DNA of 62,265 nt, filler included, from 7 parts of 7 records of this genome joined end to end with filler, not necessarily neighbours in it; one strand, 5' to 3'; counted from the whole stretch's first letter, positions 20,203 through 31,900 are shown. Program-made: numbers and translations. The notes: generated from the sequence alone by a model not told the origin.

Positions 20203-20856
20203 ATGTACGTCGGGCTTAAGATGTTGAAAGACTTCATGCCGCAGTTACCGGATACACTGGCGGAAGATGCTTCCATCCTTATGGATGACAACATGCTTTG
20301 GATGTTGCTCATCGTGGATGATGGGAAGCTGGTGGGTTATGTGCGCAAGGAGGATATCAGCGCGGCCATGCCCTCAACTATGACCGGACTGGATAAACAC
20401 GAAATCAACTATCTGCTCTCCAAGCTGACCCTTAAAAAGATTATGCGCACAGACATCACCACGGTCAGCCCTGAAACTGAAATCGAGGAAGCCGCAGTGG
20501 TCATGCGCCGCAAGAATCTGGCAGGACTCGCGGTGGTGGATGCTGAGAACAACCTTCTCGGTTACATCAACCGTAACGTCATTCTCGACGTGCTGGCCGA
20601 GGAAATGGGATTCGCGAAAGGCGGCTCCCGCATAGTTTTCGAGGTGGAGGATCGTCCCGGGGTGCTTAAGCATGTTTCAAGCCTCATTGATGAGCTTGGC
20701 TATTCCATAATTTCCACCGGAACATTCAATCACGATTCCCGGAGAATGGTAGTTATCCGAATTAATGCCGAGAACCCATCGTCCGTTGCCGCAGCCCTGC
20801 AGAAGAGCGGTTACGATGTCGTAGGACCGGAGGATTTCAGGGATGAATGGCAGTAG
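20203..20856 (+). CDS. CBS-pair + ACT domain protein (AcuB-like)
   Basis: Two CBS domains; ACT VEDRPGVLKHVSSLI; AGGAGG RBS. Confidence 0.88.
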   Translation: MYVGLKMLKDFMPQLPDTLAEDASILMDDNMLWMLLIVDDGKLVGYVRKEDISAAMPSTMTGLDKHEINYLLSKLTLKKIMRTDITTVSPETEIEEAAVVMRRKNLAGLAVVDAENNLLGYINRNVILDVLAEEMGFAKGGSRIVFEVEDRPGVLKHVSSLIDELGYSIISTGTFNHDSRRMVVIRINAENPSSVAAALQKSGYDVVGPEDFRDEWQ

Positions 20857-21679
20857 CCCCTTTTTCAAATCGGACTGTGAGCCGCTCCCCATGGGAGAAC
20901 CTATGCTCGAGGTCAAGGATGTAACTTTGACCTTCAAGGGCGTTGCCGCACTTTCAAGGGTTAATTGCGGTGTACGTAAGGGCAGTATTACCTCGCTCAT
21001 CGGGCCTAATGGTGCGGGCAAGACCAGTATGCTCAATTGTATTTCCGGGCGTTACTTTCCGGACAAGGGGTCCATCACCCTCAAGGGCGACGAGATGCTC
21101 GGAACTCCGGCCAACAAGCGTACCCATTTCGGCATGGCCCGCACCTTTCAGAATATAGCCCTGTTCCGAGGGCTTTCCGTGCTGGATAACCTTATGGTGG
21201 GGCGTCATTCACGTATTAATTACGGTATCTTGTCTTCGCTTCTCTATTTCGGCAAGGCCCGCAAGGAAGAGTCAGCGCACAGGCAGCGGGTGGAGGAAAT
21301 CATAGATTTCCTGGGGCTCTCTCCCTACCGCCACCAGGCCGCTGGACACCTGCCTTACGGGGTCCAGAAAAAGGTTGAATTGGGCCGCGCGCTGGCCGCA
21401 GAACCTGAACTGTTGCTCCTTGATGAGCCTATGGCGGGCATGAATCTCGAAGAAACCGAAGATATGGCCCGCTACATTCTCGATATCAATGAAGAATGGG
21501 GTATTTCCGTATTTCTGGTGGAACACGATATGGGGGTGGTCATGGATATTTCCGATCACGTGGTGGTGCTCGATTTCGGTCGCATCCTCGCCTGTGGGAC
21601 ACCTGACGAAGTACAGCAGAACAAGAAAGTTATCAGTGCCTACCTTGGAGACGAGGGTGGGCTTTATCAAGGAAGGTAA
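20843..21679 (+). CDS. LivG-like ABC ATP-binding protein
   Basis: GPNGAGKT, LPYGVQKKVELGRALA, VEHDM, AYLG. Confidence 0.9.
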   Translation: MNGSSPFFKSDCEPLPMGEPMLEVKDVTLTFKGVAALSRVNCGVRKGSITSLIGPNGAGKTSMLNCISGRYFPDKGSITLKGDEMLGTPANKRTHFGMARTFQNIALFRGLSVLDNLMVGRHSRINYGILSSLLYFGKARKEESAHRQRVEEIIDFLGLSPYRHQAAGHLPYGVQKKVELGRALAAEPELLLLDEPMAGMNLEETEDMARYILDINEEWGISVFLVEHDMGVVMDISDHVVVLDFGRILACGTPDEVQQNKKVISAYLGDEGGLYQGR

Positions 21680-21680
21680 A

Positions 21681-23585
21681 ATGAGCCGTCCATACAATAC
21701 AACACTTCCGGCACTGCTGATTAAAAACGGGCGTGAACGCGCAGTACGTACTGCCATGCGCGAGAAATATCTCGGCATCTGGCAGTCGTTTTCATATAAG
21801 CAGTACCTTGAAATAACATCCGAGTTCGCTGCGGGACTCAAAAGTTTGGGGTTCGGTAAAGGTGATGCCATTGTCATCATCGGCGACAACCGCCCGGAAT
21901 GGCTCTGGGCGCAACTGGCGATTCAGGGCATTGGCGGATATTCTGTGGGCCTTTATCAGGACTCTCCGGCGGATGAGATCGGCTATGTGTTCACTCTGTC
22001 TGAAGCGCGGCTCGTTGTTGCTGAGGATCAGGAGCAGGTGGACAAGATTCTGTCCATCCGTGATCAACTGCCTGACCTCAAATACATTATCTACCACGAT
22101 CCCAAAGGATTGGTGGATTATGATGAAGAAGGGCTCATGTCTTTTGATGAAATCCGCGAAATGAACAAAGAGCAGGCCGCTTCTTTCGAAGCATGGACCG
22201 CGGAAGTTTCAGCCGATGACGTGGCATTGATTGCTACCACATCCGGTTCAACCGGGCGTCCCAAGCTGGCCATGCTGACCCATGATAATCTTCTGTCCAT
22301 GGCTTGGAATCTCGGTGATTCTGATCCCAAGAAAGAATCCGACGAATTCGTCTCCTTCTTGCCGCTGGCATGGATGGGGGAGCAGATGATGGCTGTGGCT
22401 TCGGCACTGCTTTTCGGGTTCTGCGTGAACTTTCCTGAAGAGCCGGACACAGTGCAGGAAAACATTCGCGAGATTGGACCGCATCTCATTTTTTCGCCAC
22501 CCCGTGTGTGGGAAAATATGGCTGCCAAGGTCCGGGTGCGGATCATGGAAACCACTTCGCTCAAACGCTGGCTGTTCAACCTGCTGCTGCCGCTGGGCGT
22601 CAACTATGCGGATAAAGTTCTGCACGGGCAGACGCCATCAGCAATGGACAAGCTCGGTTACAAGCTGGCTGAGATCGGCCTCTTTCGGGCCTTGCGCGAT
22701 CGGCTCGGGTTCTCCCGTATTCGCAGTGCCTCCACCGGGGGCGCACCGCTGGGACCGGATACCTTTACTTTTTTTCATGCCCTTGGAATCAACCTGAAGC
22801 AAATCTACGGGCAGACCGAGGTTGCGGGAATTTCCTGTATCCACAAGGACGGCTGTGTAAGCTTTGATACTGTAGGTGAGCCTATCCCGGAAACAGAGAT
22901 CAAGATTTCCGATGAAGGCGAAGTGCTGACCAAAAGTCCGGCAGTCTTTAGAGGCTATCTTAAGAACGAAGAGGCCACAGCTGAAACCATTGAAGACGGC
23001 TGGCTTAAATCCGGTGACGCCGGATACTTCAAGGACAACGGACAACTGGTCATCATCGACCGCCTTTCCGATGTAATGACCCTTAAATCCGGCACTCGTT
23101 TTTCTCCGCAGTTCATCGAAAACAAAATCAAGTTTTCCACCTACGTGCAGGAAGCGGTGGTCATCGGGCAGGACCGTGACTACATCACCGCGATTATCTG
23201 TCTGGATAGCGACATTGCCGGACGCTGGGCTGAACAGCAGCAGCTGACCTACACCACCTATCAGGATCTGGCCTCCAATCCGCATCTTTATGACTTGATC
23301 AGTACAGAGGTGGCGGGCATCAACGAATCCCTCCATGACGGTTCTTCAGTTAAGCGTTTCGCCTTGCTTTTCAAGGAATTGGACGCTGACGACGGCGAAC
23401 TTACCCGTACCCGCAAGATCCGGCGCAAGATCATAAACGAACGCTACGGAGATCTCATCCACGCCCTCTATAATGGGGCCAAGGAGATCGACCTGACCGC
23501 GCGTATTAAATATCAGGACGGTTCGGAACGGACTATGTCCGGTCCCATTGCCATCCGTGAAATCAACACACAAGAGGCCCGCTAA
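21681..23585 (+). CDS. Long-chain-fatty-acid--CoA ligase-like AMP-binding enzyme
   Basis: TSGSTGRPK, YGQTE, SGDAG, GELTRTRKIRR; real start MSRPY at 21681 after GGAAGG. Confidence 0.9.
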   Translation: MSRPYNTTLPALLIKNGRERAVRTAMREKYLGIWQSFSYKQYLEITSEFAAGLKSLGFGKGDAIVIIGDNRPEWLWAQLAIQGIGGYSVGLYQDSPADEIGYVFTLSEARLVVAEDQEQVDKILSIRDQLPDLKYIIYHDPKGLVDYDEEGLMSFDEIREMNKEQAASFEAWTAEVSADDVALIATTSGSTGRPKLAMLTHDNLLSMAWNLGDSDPKKESDEFVSFLPLAWMGEQMMAVASALLFGFCVNFPEEPDTVQENIREIGPHLIFSPPRVWENMAAKVRVRIMETTSLKRWLFNLLLPLGVNYADKVLHGQTPSAMDKLGYKLAEIGLFRALRDRLGFSRIRSASTGGAPLGPDTFTFFHALGINLKQIYGQTEVAGISCIHKDGCVSFDTVGEPIPETEIKISDEGEVLTKSPAVFRGYLKNEEATAETIEDGWLKSGDAGYFKDNGQLVIIDRLSDVMTLKSGTRFSPQFIENKIKFSTYVQEAVVIGQDRDYITAIICLDSDIAGRWAEQQQLTYTTYQDLASNPHLYDLISTEVAGINESLHDGSSVKRFALLFKELDADDGELTRTRKIRRKIINERYGDLIHALYNGAKEIDLTARIKYQDGSERTMSGPIAIREINTQEAR

Positions 23586-24472
23586 TGGAATACTATCTCC
23601 AACTCATAATTAACGGCCTTGTGGTCGGGTCCATATACAGCCTTGTAGCCCTTGGTTTTGTCATTATCTTTAAGGCTACCAAAGTTGTTAACTTCGCGCA
23701 GGGAGAGATGGTCATGGCCGGAGCCTACATCTGCTTCGCGCTCACCGTGCAGTATCAGTTGCCTTTTCTGCTTTCCTTCCTGATAACGCTGGTTTTCTCA
23801 CTCATTCTGGGAATACTGGTGGAGAGGCTGGTTCTGCGGCCACTCATCGGCGAACCGATCATTTCGGTGGTTATGGTTACCATCGGACTGTCATCCATTC
23901 TTAAATCGCTGGTGCAGGTTTTCTGGGGAACCCAGATCAGGGTTTTCCCGCCTATCCTGCCGCAGGAGCCGATTATGGTTTTCGGCCTGCCTATTGCCCC
24001 GGTCTACATCGCGGCTTTTGTGCTCTGCCTGCTGCTGTTCGCGGTCTTTTCCTTGTTCTTCAAGTATTCCTCACTGGGCATCGCCATGCGCGCCACCGCT
24101 TTTGATCAGCAGGCCGCGCAGTCCATGGGCATCGGCATCAAGAACATCTTCGCCTTGTCATGGTGTATTGCGGCGGTGGTTTCCTCCATCGGGGGGATTA
24201 TCCTCGGCAACATCAACGGCATCAACTCCCAGCTCGGGCATCTGGGGCTTAAAGTCTTTCCAGCGGTCATCCTCGGCGGACTCGATTCCCTGCTCGGAGC
24301 GGCGCTGGGCGGACTCATCATCGGTGTGCTGGAGAACCTCAGCGAAGGACTTGCCCGCGACCTGCTGAACCTCGGCGGCTTCAAGGAAGTGGCATCCTTT
24401 GTGGTGCTGGTCATCATCCTCATGGTCAAGCCTTACGGGCTGTTCGGCACCAAAGAAATCGAGAGAGTGTAA
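23585..24472 (+). CDS. LivH-like ABC permease
   Basis: GSIYSLVALGF...VVNFAQGE, GIAMRATA, VILGG. Confidence 0.9.
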   Translation: MEYYLQLIINGLVVGSIYSLVALGFVIIFKATKVVNFAQGEMVMAGAYICFALTVQYQLPFLLSFLITLVFSLILGILVERLVLRPLIGEPIISVVMVTIGLSSILKSLVQVFWGTQIRVFPPILPQEPIMVFGLPIAPVYIAAFVLCLLLFAVFSLFFKYSSLGIAMRATAFDQQAAQSMGIGIKNIFALSWCIAAVVSSIGGIILGNINGINSQLGHLGLKVFPAVILGGLDSLLGAALGGLIIGVLENLSEGLARDLLNLGGFKEVASFVVLVIILMVKPYGLFGTKEIERV

Positions 24473-24473
24473 C

Positions 24474-25517
24474 ATGCAGAAATGCGGACTGTTTTTTACA
24501 ACATACAATAGCGAGGACCAGCTCTTTCCGTCCACGTTCCAGAAAACGTGTCTGGGGCTGTTCATGGCGGTCATGCTGGCTGCTCCCTACGTACTGGATT
24601 TCTACTACATATCGGTAATGAACCTGATCATGATCGCGGTTATCGGCGCAGTGTCTTTGAACCTGCTCACCGGGGTTTGCGGGCAGATGTCACTGGGGCA
24701 TGGAGCCTTTGTGGGAGTAGGGGCCTACGGTTGTGCCGTTCTGGCTTCTAAGGGGCTGCCTTTTCTGTTCTGTCTGCTCGGGGGCGGCTGTATGGCGGCA
24801 ATAGCCGGAATGATCTTCGGCATCCCGTCGTTACGGCTCAAGGGGATCTATCTTGCTATCTCCACCCTCGCAGCGCAGCTGATTCTAGAATATGTGTTCC
24901 TGCACTGGACCTCTTTCACCGGAGGAGCCAATGGCATGCCCGTTGATTCTCCGGAAATCTTCGGCTTCATGTTCGATACCGATGAGAAGATGTTCTACCT
25001 CATTTTCGCCATTACCACCCTGTGTGTGCTCGGCGTATCAAACATAGTGCGATCCCGTTCTGGACGCGCTTTCGTAGCCATTCGTGATTTTTATCAATCA
25101 GCGGAAAACGTGGGCGTGAACCTGTTCCAGTATAAATTGCAGGCTTTTGCCACCAGCTCATTCATGGCCGGTATCGCCGGAGGGCTTTGGGCTTACTACA
25201 CTATGTACATTACCCCGGAGCAGTTCTCCATCGGGCTATCCATCAGTTATCTGGCAATGATCATCATCGGCGGCATGGGGTCGGTGCTCGGCTCCATCTT
25301 CGGAGCAATATTCATCACCCTGCTGCCCGAAGTGCTCAATACCGCCACCTCTATGCTGGCAACCATTGCACCGGAAGCAAGTGCCATGGCCGCACCTCTC
25401 AAGGAAGGGGTGTTCGGGCTGACCCTGGTGTTTTTCCTGATCTTTGAGCCGGAAGGTTTGGTGCGCAAGTGGAAGCTGATCAAGGCCTACTGGAAACTGT
25501 ATCCATTTGCTTATTAA
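24474..25517 (+). CDS. LivM-like ABC permease
   Basis: LNLLTGVCGQMSLGH, LRLKGIYLAI, GRAFVAIRD; start moved to MQKCG at 24474. Confidence 0.9.
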   Translation: MQKCGLFFTTYNSEDQLFPSTFQKTCLGLFMAVMLAAPYVLDFYYISVMNLIMIAVIGAVSLNLLTGVCGQMSLGHGAFVGVGAYGCAVLASKGLPFLFCLLGGGCMAAIAGMIFGIPSLRLKGIYLAISTLAAQLILEYVFLHWTSFTGGANGMPVDSPEIFGFMFDTDEKMFYLIFAITTLCVLGVSNIVRSRSGRAFVAIRDFYQSAENVGVNLFQYKLQAFATSSFMAGIAGGLWAYYTMYITPEQFSIGLSISYLAMIIIGGMGSVLGSIFGAIFITLLPEVLNTATSMLATIAPEASAMAAPLKEGVFGLTLVFFLIFEPEGLVRKWKLIKAYWKLYPFAY

Positions 25518-25574
25518 ACAAAACGTGCAGGCAGCACTTTAAAATAATCCGTCATTCTTAGAGGAGAGAGAACA

Positions 25575-26738
25575 ATGATTAAGAGAATTTTGACCATAAC
25601 GGTCCTTATGGTAACTCTGCTGATAGGCTCAACAGCCTTTGCAACCCTGAAAGTCGGCGTACTGTCCGATCTTACCGGGCCAACTTCAAGTGTGGGTGTG
25701 CCTTACGCTAAGGGAGTTACGGACTGCATTGCTTACGTTAATGCCAATGGCGGTGTTAACGGAGAAGACATCAAGCTTATTCAGGTGGACTACGCCTATA
25801 ATGTGCAGCAGGCCCTTTCTGCATATAAGCGTTTTAAATCTCAGGGTATTGTTGCCTTGCAGGGGTGGGGGACAGGTGACACCGAAGCTCTGGTGCGCTT
25901 TGTCTCCCGTGATCGCATTCCTGTTTTTTCCGCTTCCTATTCCGCCCATTTCATGAACCCGAAGAAAGCTCCTTATAACTTTACCATAGCGCCTGATTAC
26001 TCAACTCAGGGGCGCGCCGGGCTGAAATACATCAAAGATAACTGGAAGGAATCACGTGCGCCGAAACTGTCTTTTGTTTACCCGGATAAGCCCTATGGTC
26101 ATGTGCCCCTCAAGGCTATGAAGGAATACGCAAAAGAGCTGGGATTTGAAATCACCGGTGATGAAGTTCTCGGACTGAAAGCCATGGATGCAACTCCGCA
26201 GTTGCTGGCTCTCAAGAAGCATAATCCCGATTTTGTCTGGGTTGGCGGAACCACGCCTTCCACCGCAGTGCTGATGAAAGATGCCAAGAAGCTTGGCTTC
26301 AACGGCAAATTCTTGGTCAACATCTGGGGTAATGATGAAAATCTGGCCAAGATGGCCGGTCCTGCTTGCGAGGGCAACTTCGGCATGCAGGCCGCAGCGG
26401 TTTACGGACAGGATGTTCCGGGAATGAAAGTTGTCGAGGAGCAGACTAAAGGTCAGCCCCAGATGACCCATTACCTGCGCGGCTTTGTATCCACTCTGGT
26501 GATGGTGGAAGGCATGAAGAAGGCCGCCGCCAATGGCAAGATTAGCGGTAAATCCATCAAGGAAGCACTGGAAACCATGCGTGACTACGATCCCATGGGA
26601 CTGGCCCCGGCAATCAGTTACTTTCCGGATGATCACCGTCCGAGCATGGCGATCAACGTCTGTACCGTAAAAGACGGTAAACTCGAATTTGTGGAAACAG
26701 TGACTTTGCCCCGTGACGCTAAGTGGTTGGGTAAATAG
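25575..26738 (+). CDS. Periplasmic substrate-binding protein (LivJ/K-like)
   Basis: Signal peptide, KVGVLSDLTGP, NANGGVNG. Confidence 0.9.
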   Translation: MIKRILTITVLMVTLLIGSTAFATLKVGVLSDLTGPTSSVGVPYAKGVTDCIAYVNANGGVNGEDIKLIQVDYAYNVQQALSAYKRFKSQGIVALQGWGTGDTEALVRFVSRDRIPVFSASYSAHFMNPKKAPYNFTIAPDYSTQGRAGLKYIKDNWKESRAPKLSFVYPDKPYGHVPLKAMKEYAKELGFEITGDEVLGLKAMDATPQLLALKKHNPDFVWVGGTTPSTAVLMKDAKKLGFNGKFLVNIWGNDENLAKMAGPACEGNFGMQAAAVYGQDVPGMKVVEEQTKGQPQMTHYLRGFVSTLVMVEGMKKAAANGKISGKSIKEALETMRDYDPMGLAPAISYFPDDHRPSMAINVCTVKDGKLEFVETVTLPRDAKWLGK

Positions 26739-26826
26739 GCTTCCATAGCAACGAACCGTATAAACGGATTTACATAAAGGCCGGGGGAATTCTGCGTTTC
26801 CCCGGCCGTACATCAAGGATTGATTT

Positions 26827-27624
26827 ATGAGTCTGCTGAACGTTCAAAACCTCGAAGTAGTCTACAACGATGTGGTGCTGGTGCTCAAAGGTTTGAGCCT
26901 CAATGTGGAGAAGGGGTCCATTACCACTCTTCTGGGCGCAAACGGAGCCGGGAAATCCACAACTCTCAAGGCTATTTCCGGTTTGCTGGAGGGCGAAGAT
27001 GGTAAAGCCACGTCCGGTACCATTCTTTACGAAGAGAAGCCGGTAAACATCCAGAGTCCGGAAAAGATGGTCCGCAAGGGAATATTTCAAGTCATGGAAG
27101 GCCGCCGCATTTTTGAGGACCTTAATGTTGAAGAAAACCTGCGCTGCGGGGCTTACACCCAGCCGGCCAAATACTTTTCGGACAACCTCGAAAAGGTCTA
27201 CACATATTTCCCGAGGCTTAAAGAACGACGCTCCCAGCTTGCGGGTTACATGTCCGGCGGCGAGCAACAGATGCTGGCCATCGGCCGTGCGGTAATGGCC
27301 AATCCGAAGCTGCTTTTGCTCGATGAACCGTCATTAGGTTTAGCTCCATTGCTGGTGGAAGAAATCTTCGACATCGTTAAGAAGATCAACAAACAGGAAG
27401 GCGTGACTGTGCTGCTGGTGGAACAGAATGCCCGTATGGCCCTGTCCTTGGCGGATTACGGCTATATTATGGAAAACGGCCGCATCGTTATGGACGGCAA
27501 GGGTGAAGAGTTGCTTCACAACCCGGATGTGCAGGAGTTTTATCTTGGACTGTCACATGGCGGGGAAAAAAGAAGCTACCGTGACGTAAAACACTACCGC
27601 CGCCGTAAGCGTTGGTTAGGTTAA
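26827..27624 (+). CDS. LivF-like ABC ATP-binding protein
   Basis: GANGAGKST, MSGGEQQM, DEPSLGLAP, VEQN; tail SYRDVKHYRRRKRWL. Confidence 0.9.
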   Translation: MSLLNVQNLEVVYNDVVLVLKGLSLNVEKGSITTLLGANGAGKSTTLKAISGLLEGEDGKATSGTILYEEKPVNIQSPEKMVRKGIFQVMEGRRIFEDLNVEENLRCGAYTQPAKYFSDNLEKVYTYFPRLKERRSQLAGYMSGGEQQMLAIGRAVMANPKLLLLDEPSLGLAPLLVEEIFDIVKKINKQEGVTVLLVEQNARMALSLADYGYIMENGRIVMDGKGEELLHNPDVQEFYLGLSHGGEKRSYRDVKHYRRRKRWLG

Positions 27625-27750
27625 GAATGCCTCCGGCGGCTTAAACCCTTNNNNNNNNNNNNNNNNNNNNNNNNNNNNNNNNNNNNNNNNNNNNTTAATT
27701 AATTAANNNNNNNNNNNNNNNNNNNNNNNNNNNNNNNNNNNNNNNNNNNN

Positions 27751-27820
27751 GTTTTTAACGGTTTTTAACGGTTTTTAACGATTCTTAACTATTCTTAACT
27801 ATTCTTAACGGTATTTAACG
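27751..27820 (+). repeat. 10-bp tandem repeat, 7 degenerate copies
   Basis: GTTTTTAACG x3, ATTCTTAACT x2, ATTCTTAACG, GTATTTAACG. Confidence 0.85.
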
Positions 27821-27970
27821 GAAAACCTGTTTGCCCGGGAAAAAGATTCCCGGCATAGTCAAAGCGGACTGAAAAATGTTTTCGTCCTTATTTATCGCAG
27901 TGGGGGAATTCCAAGGAACCCAAATCCGCCCCCTCCCATCTTGTCATGTTTTGAAAGAAAGGAAACAAAA

Positions 27971-28648
27971 ATGAAAAAAATCATCCAATTATTATGTTTA
28001 AGCAGCTTCGCGATCGTTGTTGTATTCCCGGTGACTGCACTGGCAGCCATCATGAACTTTACCATCGAAGGAACCTATGCAACCGGGCTCACCCCCCCGG
28101 GAGGTGCGGCATTATTCAATGCTGGCGACAAATTCACCATTCAAGGCAGCTTTGACACCAACCTGCACCCCGTATACACAAAAAAAAGCGGGATTGACTT
28201 CCCTATTTCAGACAGGCCCCATTTCGACTATTCAGCCATCACCGATTTAACCTTCACTAACATGCCGCTTGACCGAATAAACACCTATTATCCATCCGGG
28301 GACAACTGTTTTGAACCATACGACAACAAGAACGGATCAGCGATAATGGAACAGGACTATCTGACACAATATGGTTACAATTTTCACATGGTCAACAATT
28401 ACACCCTGCTGGATCTAACTCTAATGGAAGGCATTTATGGGGGGGCCAACGGTTATCTCCAATACAACTACCACCATGAGAAGCGACCCCAGGGGGCCGG
28501 GTATATCGATATCGTTGTCCATGATACAATCGATCTGAGTATCACCCGATTCGATGTAACGGATCCTTCCTCCCCCGTTCCAATCCCCACAACCCTTTTC
28601 CTGCTTGGTTCCGGGCTGGCCGGTCTTGCTGGAATCAAAAAGAGATAG
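27971..28648 (+). CDS. PEP-CTERM/VPLPA-CTERM-type exosortase-targeted surface protein
   Basis: Signal peptide from MKKIIQ; C-terminus PVPIPTTLFLLGSGLAGLAGIKKR. Confidence 0.85.
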   Translation: MKKIIQLLCLSSFAIVVVFPVTALAAIMNFTIEGTYATGLTPPGGAALFNAGDKFTIQGSFDTNLHPVYTKKSGIDFPISDRPHFDYSAITDLTFTNMPLDRINTYYPSGDNCFEPYDNKNGSAIMEQDYLTQYGYNFHMVNNYTLLDLTLMEGIYGGANGYLQYNYHHEKRPQGAGYIDIVVHDTIDLSITRFDVTDPSSPVPIPTTLFLLGSGLAGLAGIKKR

Positions 28649-28998
28649 AGGCTATCCCATAAACAATTCCAGGGCCGGCCCGGCCCATGCCGGTCCTGGA
28701 AAGCTTCTTACCCCAAAGCCGGTTCCAATTCGCTAAGTCTCCCGGATCATCGGGTGATACCGGTTCATCGAATTGTTTTATCGACTCTTTGCTCCGGTAA
28801 CTGCGGCAGGGGAAAAAATACTTCTGAAAGCAATCGTGGATAAATCATAAAAATTCCGTTTCCAATCTGTACATTTTCCAGAGGGATGATATATGCTTGT
28901 AATCTGACGGTCTTCCCTTGTATGGATCGGCTGAGTTTCCGGGAGGACACATGTGATTGTTAAATAAATATGGACGATGCAAACAGGGATAACGGGTT

Positions 28999-31900
28999 TT
29001 GAGGGAAAAGAAGCGGGTTCATCATAGATTTTTTCCAATAATCGGTGCAAACAATATACAACATGTCGCCCTGGCAATTGGTGTTTTTCTGCTCCTGTTT
29101 ACCGGTGTGTCTGCAAGCGCTTCCGCCAAACCGGAAAAGGTCATCCTGCAATTAAACTGGAAACATCAGTTCGAATATGCCGGATATTACGCGGCAAAGG
29201 AGAAAGGGTATTATGCCGGAGCAGGTCTGGCGGTTGAGTTCAGGGAGGGCCTTCCCCAATCAACTCCGGTGACGGAGGTTCTGGAGGGGCGGGCGGATTT
29301 CGGCATCTGGGTTTCCAGCCTGATCCTCGAGCGTCTCACCGGTAAGCCGGTGGTCATGCTTGCCAATTACTTCAAACACTCCCCCCTGGTTATTCTTGCA
29401 ACCCCTTCCATCCGCATGCCGTCCCAGCTTCTGGGGAAAAAGATCATGGGGGTTGTTGAAGATGGAGAAATCGCTGAAATTTCCTGGCTTCTGAAGGCCA
29501 ACGGCATTGGAAAAGACTCGGTGGAATGGATTCCCCAGACCCATGATCCCATGGCCATCGCAGATGGCAGGGCCGACGCCATGATGGCCTATATCACCAA
29601 TCAGACGTTTACATTGAATGAAAAAAGGATTTCCTATAATATTCTCGACCCTGCCAATTACGGGGCGGATTTTTACGGGGACAGCCTGTTCACTTCCGAG
29701 GATCAGGTGCGGGCATACCCCGGGAGAACCCGGAAATTTGTGGATGCCACCTCCCGGGGCTGGGCGTATGCCCTTGAACATCCTGACGAAATCATCGATC
29801 TGATCCTCGAAAAATATTCTACAAAAATTTCCAGGAAGAAGCTTGATTTTGAAGCCCGGGGCACCCGCGAACTGATTCAGCCCGATGTCTTTCCCGTGGG
29901 CTCCATTGATGAAGTGAGGATCAGGCGGATTGCGGACAAACTGGTTCAACTCGGGGTGGTGGACAAAGAATACGACCTTTCAGGATTTATCTACGGCTTA
30001 CCTGTCCGGTCCCCTGTGGCAGAGAGACTTGTCCCTCTGACTGAAGCGGAGAAACACTTTGTGGAAACCCGTCCTGTTATTCGTGTATCAAATGAATTCG
30101 ACTGGCCCCCCTTTGATTTTATGGTATCCGGTGAGCCCCGGGGCTTTGGCATTGAATTGATGAATATGATAGCGGCCCGGACCGGCCTTACCATTGAATA
30201 CGTGAACGGCTACACCTGGAATGAGCTGCTGACCATGTTTTTCAAGGGGGAAATAGATGTAATTCACTCCTTGAGCCGCACACCGGAACGGGAAGAAAAA
30301 GCCCTGTTTACCAGCCCCTACTATCACAGCAAAAACGTTCTGGTTCTAAGAAAGGATACGGCTGACATTCAGGACCTCAAGGATCTGGAAGGAAAAATTA
30401 TCGCCCTGCCCAGGGGATGGTCCTCCATTGTTTTTCTCAAGGAGAATTATCCGGACATTCATATCATTGAAGTGGAAAATTCCCGGCAGGCCCTGGAGTA
30501 TGTGGATCAGGGCAAGGTCCTTGCCACCATTGAGCAGGAAGGGATTGTTTCCTATTTCATCAATAAATTCGGTTTTCGGGACCTGAAACTCTCCAGCTGG
30601 TTGGAAGACGCGGTATTGCAGGATACCTCCTCCCTTCAAATCGCAGTTCTTAAAGAGAAGGCGGTGCTTCACGGCATTCTGGAAAAAGGCCTGGAAACGG
30701 TCACCCCCGGCGAGATGCTTGAACTGAGGAAAAAATGGCTCGGCAATGGCGAGGTCGATTCCAACCTGAAAGATGTGGGGCTCACCCTGTCCGAACGAAA
30801 CTGGCTGAAGCAAAAGGGCCGGATAACCTTTTGCATCTCCCCCGACAGAATGCCTTTTGAGGCATTATCAGGCAACCAGGTAACCGGTATGACATCCGAC
30901 TTTCTCAAATTGTTCAGCGAGCGCCTCGACGTTCCGTTTACCTTGTTGCCAACAGATTCCTGGGAGGAATCCCTGGAACAGGTCAGAACCGGGAAAGCCG
31001 ATATCCTGACCATCGCCAGCGTCTCACCCAAACGGATGCAGTTCCTGGACTTCACCCCCCCCTATATCAACTGCAGTGTCGGGATCATTGTCCGGGAGGA
31101 CTTTCCCTTTATTACCGGTATGGAAGATCTGGCCGGTATACGGGTCGGCATCATGAAGGATACGTTCATCTGGGATGTTATTCCCGGGAAATTTCCGGAA
31201 GTCAACTATGTTCCCGTAAAAAACCGGCGCCATTCCCTGCTTCAGGTTTCCGCCGGAAACCTGGATGCCGTTATCATGGATCTGCCAGTGGCCACAAACA
31301 ACATCCGGCAGCTGGGCCTGACCAATCTGAAGGTGGCCGGACACACAGCCGTTCTCAATGAAATGCGCATCGGCATTCGGAAGGATCATGTCCGCCTCCA
31401 TGAAATCATGGACAAACTTATTCGCTCTCTCTCCCAAAAAGAGGTGGACGCCGTTTACCAGAAATGGGCAACCATCCGGTTTGAAAGCGAGTTTGACCGG
31501 TCGTTCTTCGTCAAGGTGATCGGGGTTGCCCTCATTGCGGTGGTATTGATTTTTCTCTGGAACCGCAAACTCGTTCACATGAACCGCAGGATCTCCCTGG
31601 CCCATGCCGAAATCGAGGCCAAAAGCCTCCAACTTGAACGCATATCCATTACCGATGCCCTGACAGGACTCTTCAACCGGCGGCACCTGGAAGAAGCCTT
31701 CTCCGTTGAAGTCGAACGATCCCGCCGCTACGGACGGCCCCTGTCTGTTATGATCATCGATATTGATCATTTCAAGTCCATCAACGACACCCACGGCCAC
31801 CAGGCAGGCGACATAGTCCTGCGCCGGATCGCGGAAGTCCTTGATAGAAACAGCCGCGCATGCGATATCCTGGGACGCTGGGGCGGCGAGGAATTCATGC

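Noticed and set aside
20374-27295. Overlapping ORFs in the ABC operon and the extended N-termini at 21489 and 24399
   Set aside because: They overlap well-supported genes; better starts exist at 21681 and 24474.
27625-27650. GCCTCCGGCGGC...AAACCCTT at the contig end, possibly the start of an intergenic repeat
   Set aside because: Only 26 bp are visible; too little to support a call.
27751-27820. Possible CRISPR array or iterons
   Set aside because: Contiguous 10-bp units with no spacers and no cas or rep gene; a simple tandem repeat. No CRISPR array was seen anywhere in the window.
27821-27940. Possible c-di-GMP riboswitch near the cyclase (also 32140-32220)
   Set aside because: Short hairpins are present but I could not match the GEMM consensus; an Rfam scan would settle it.
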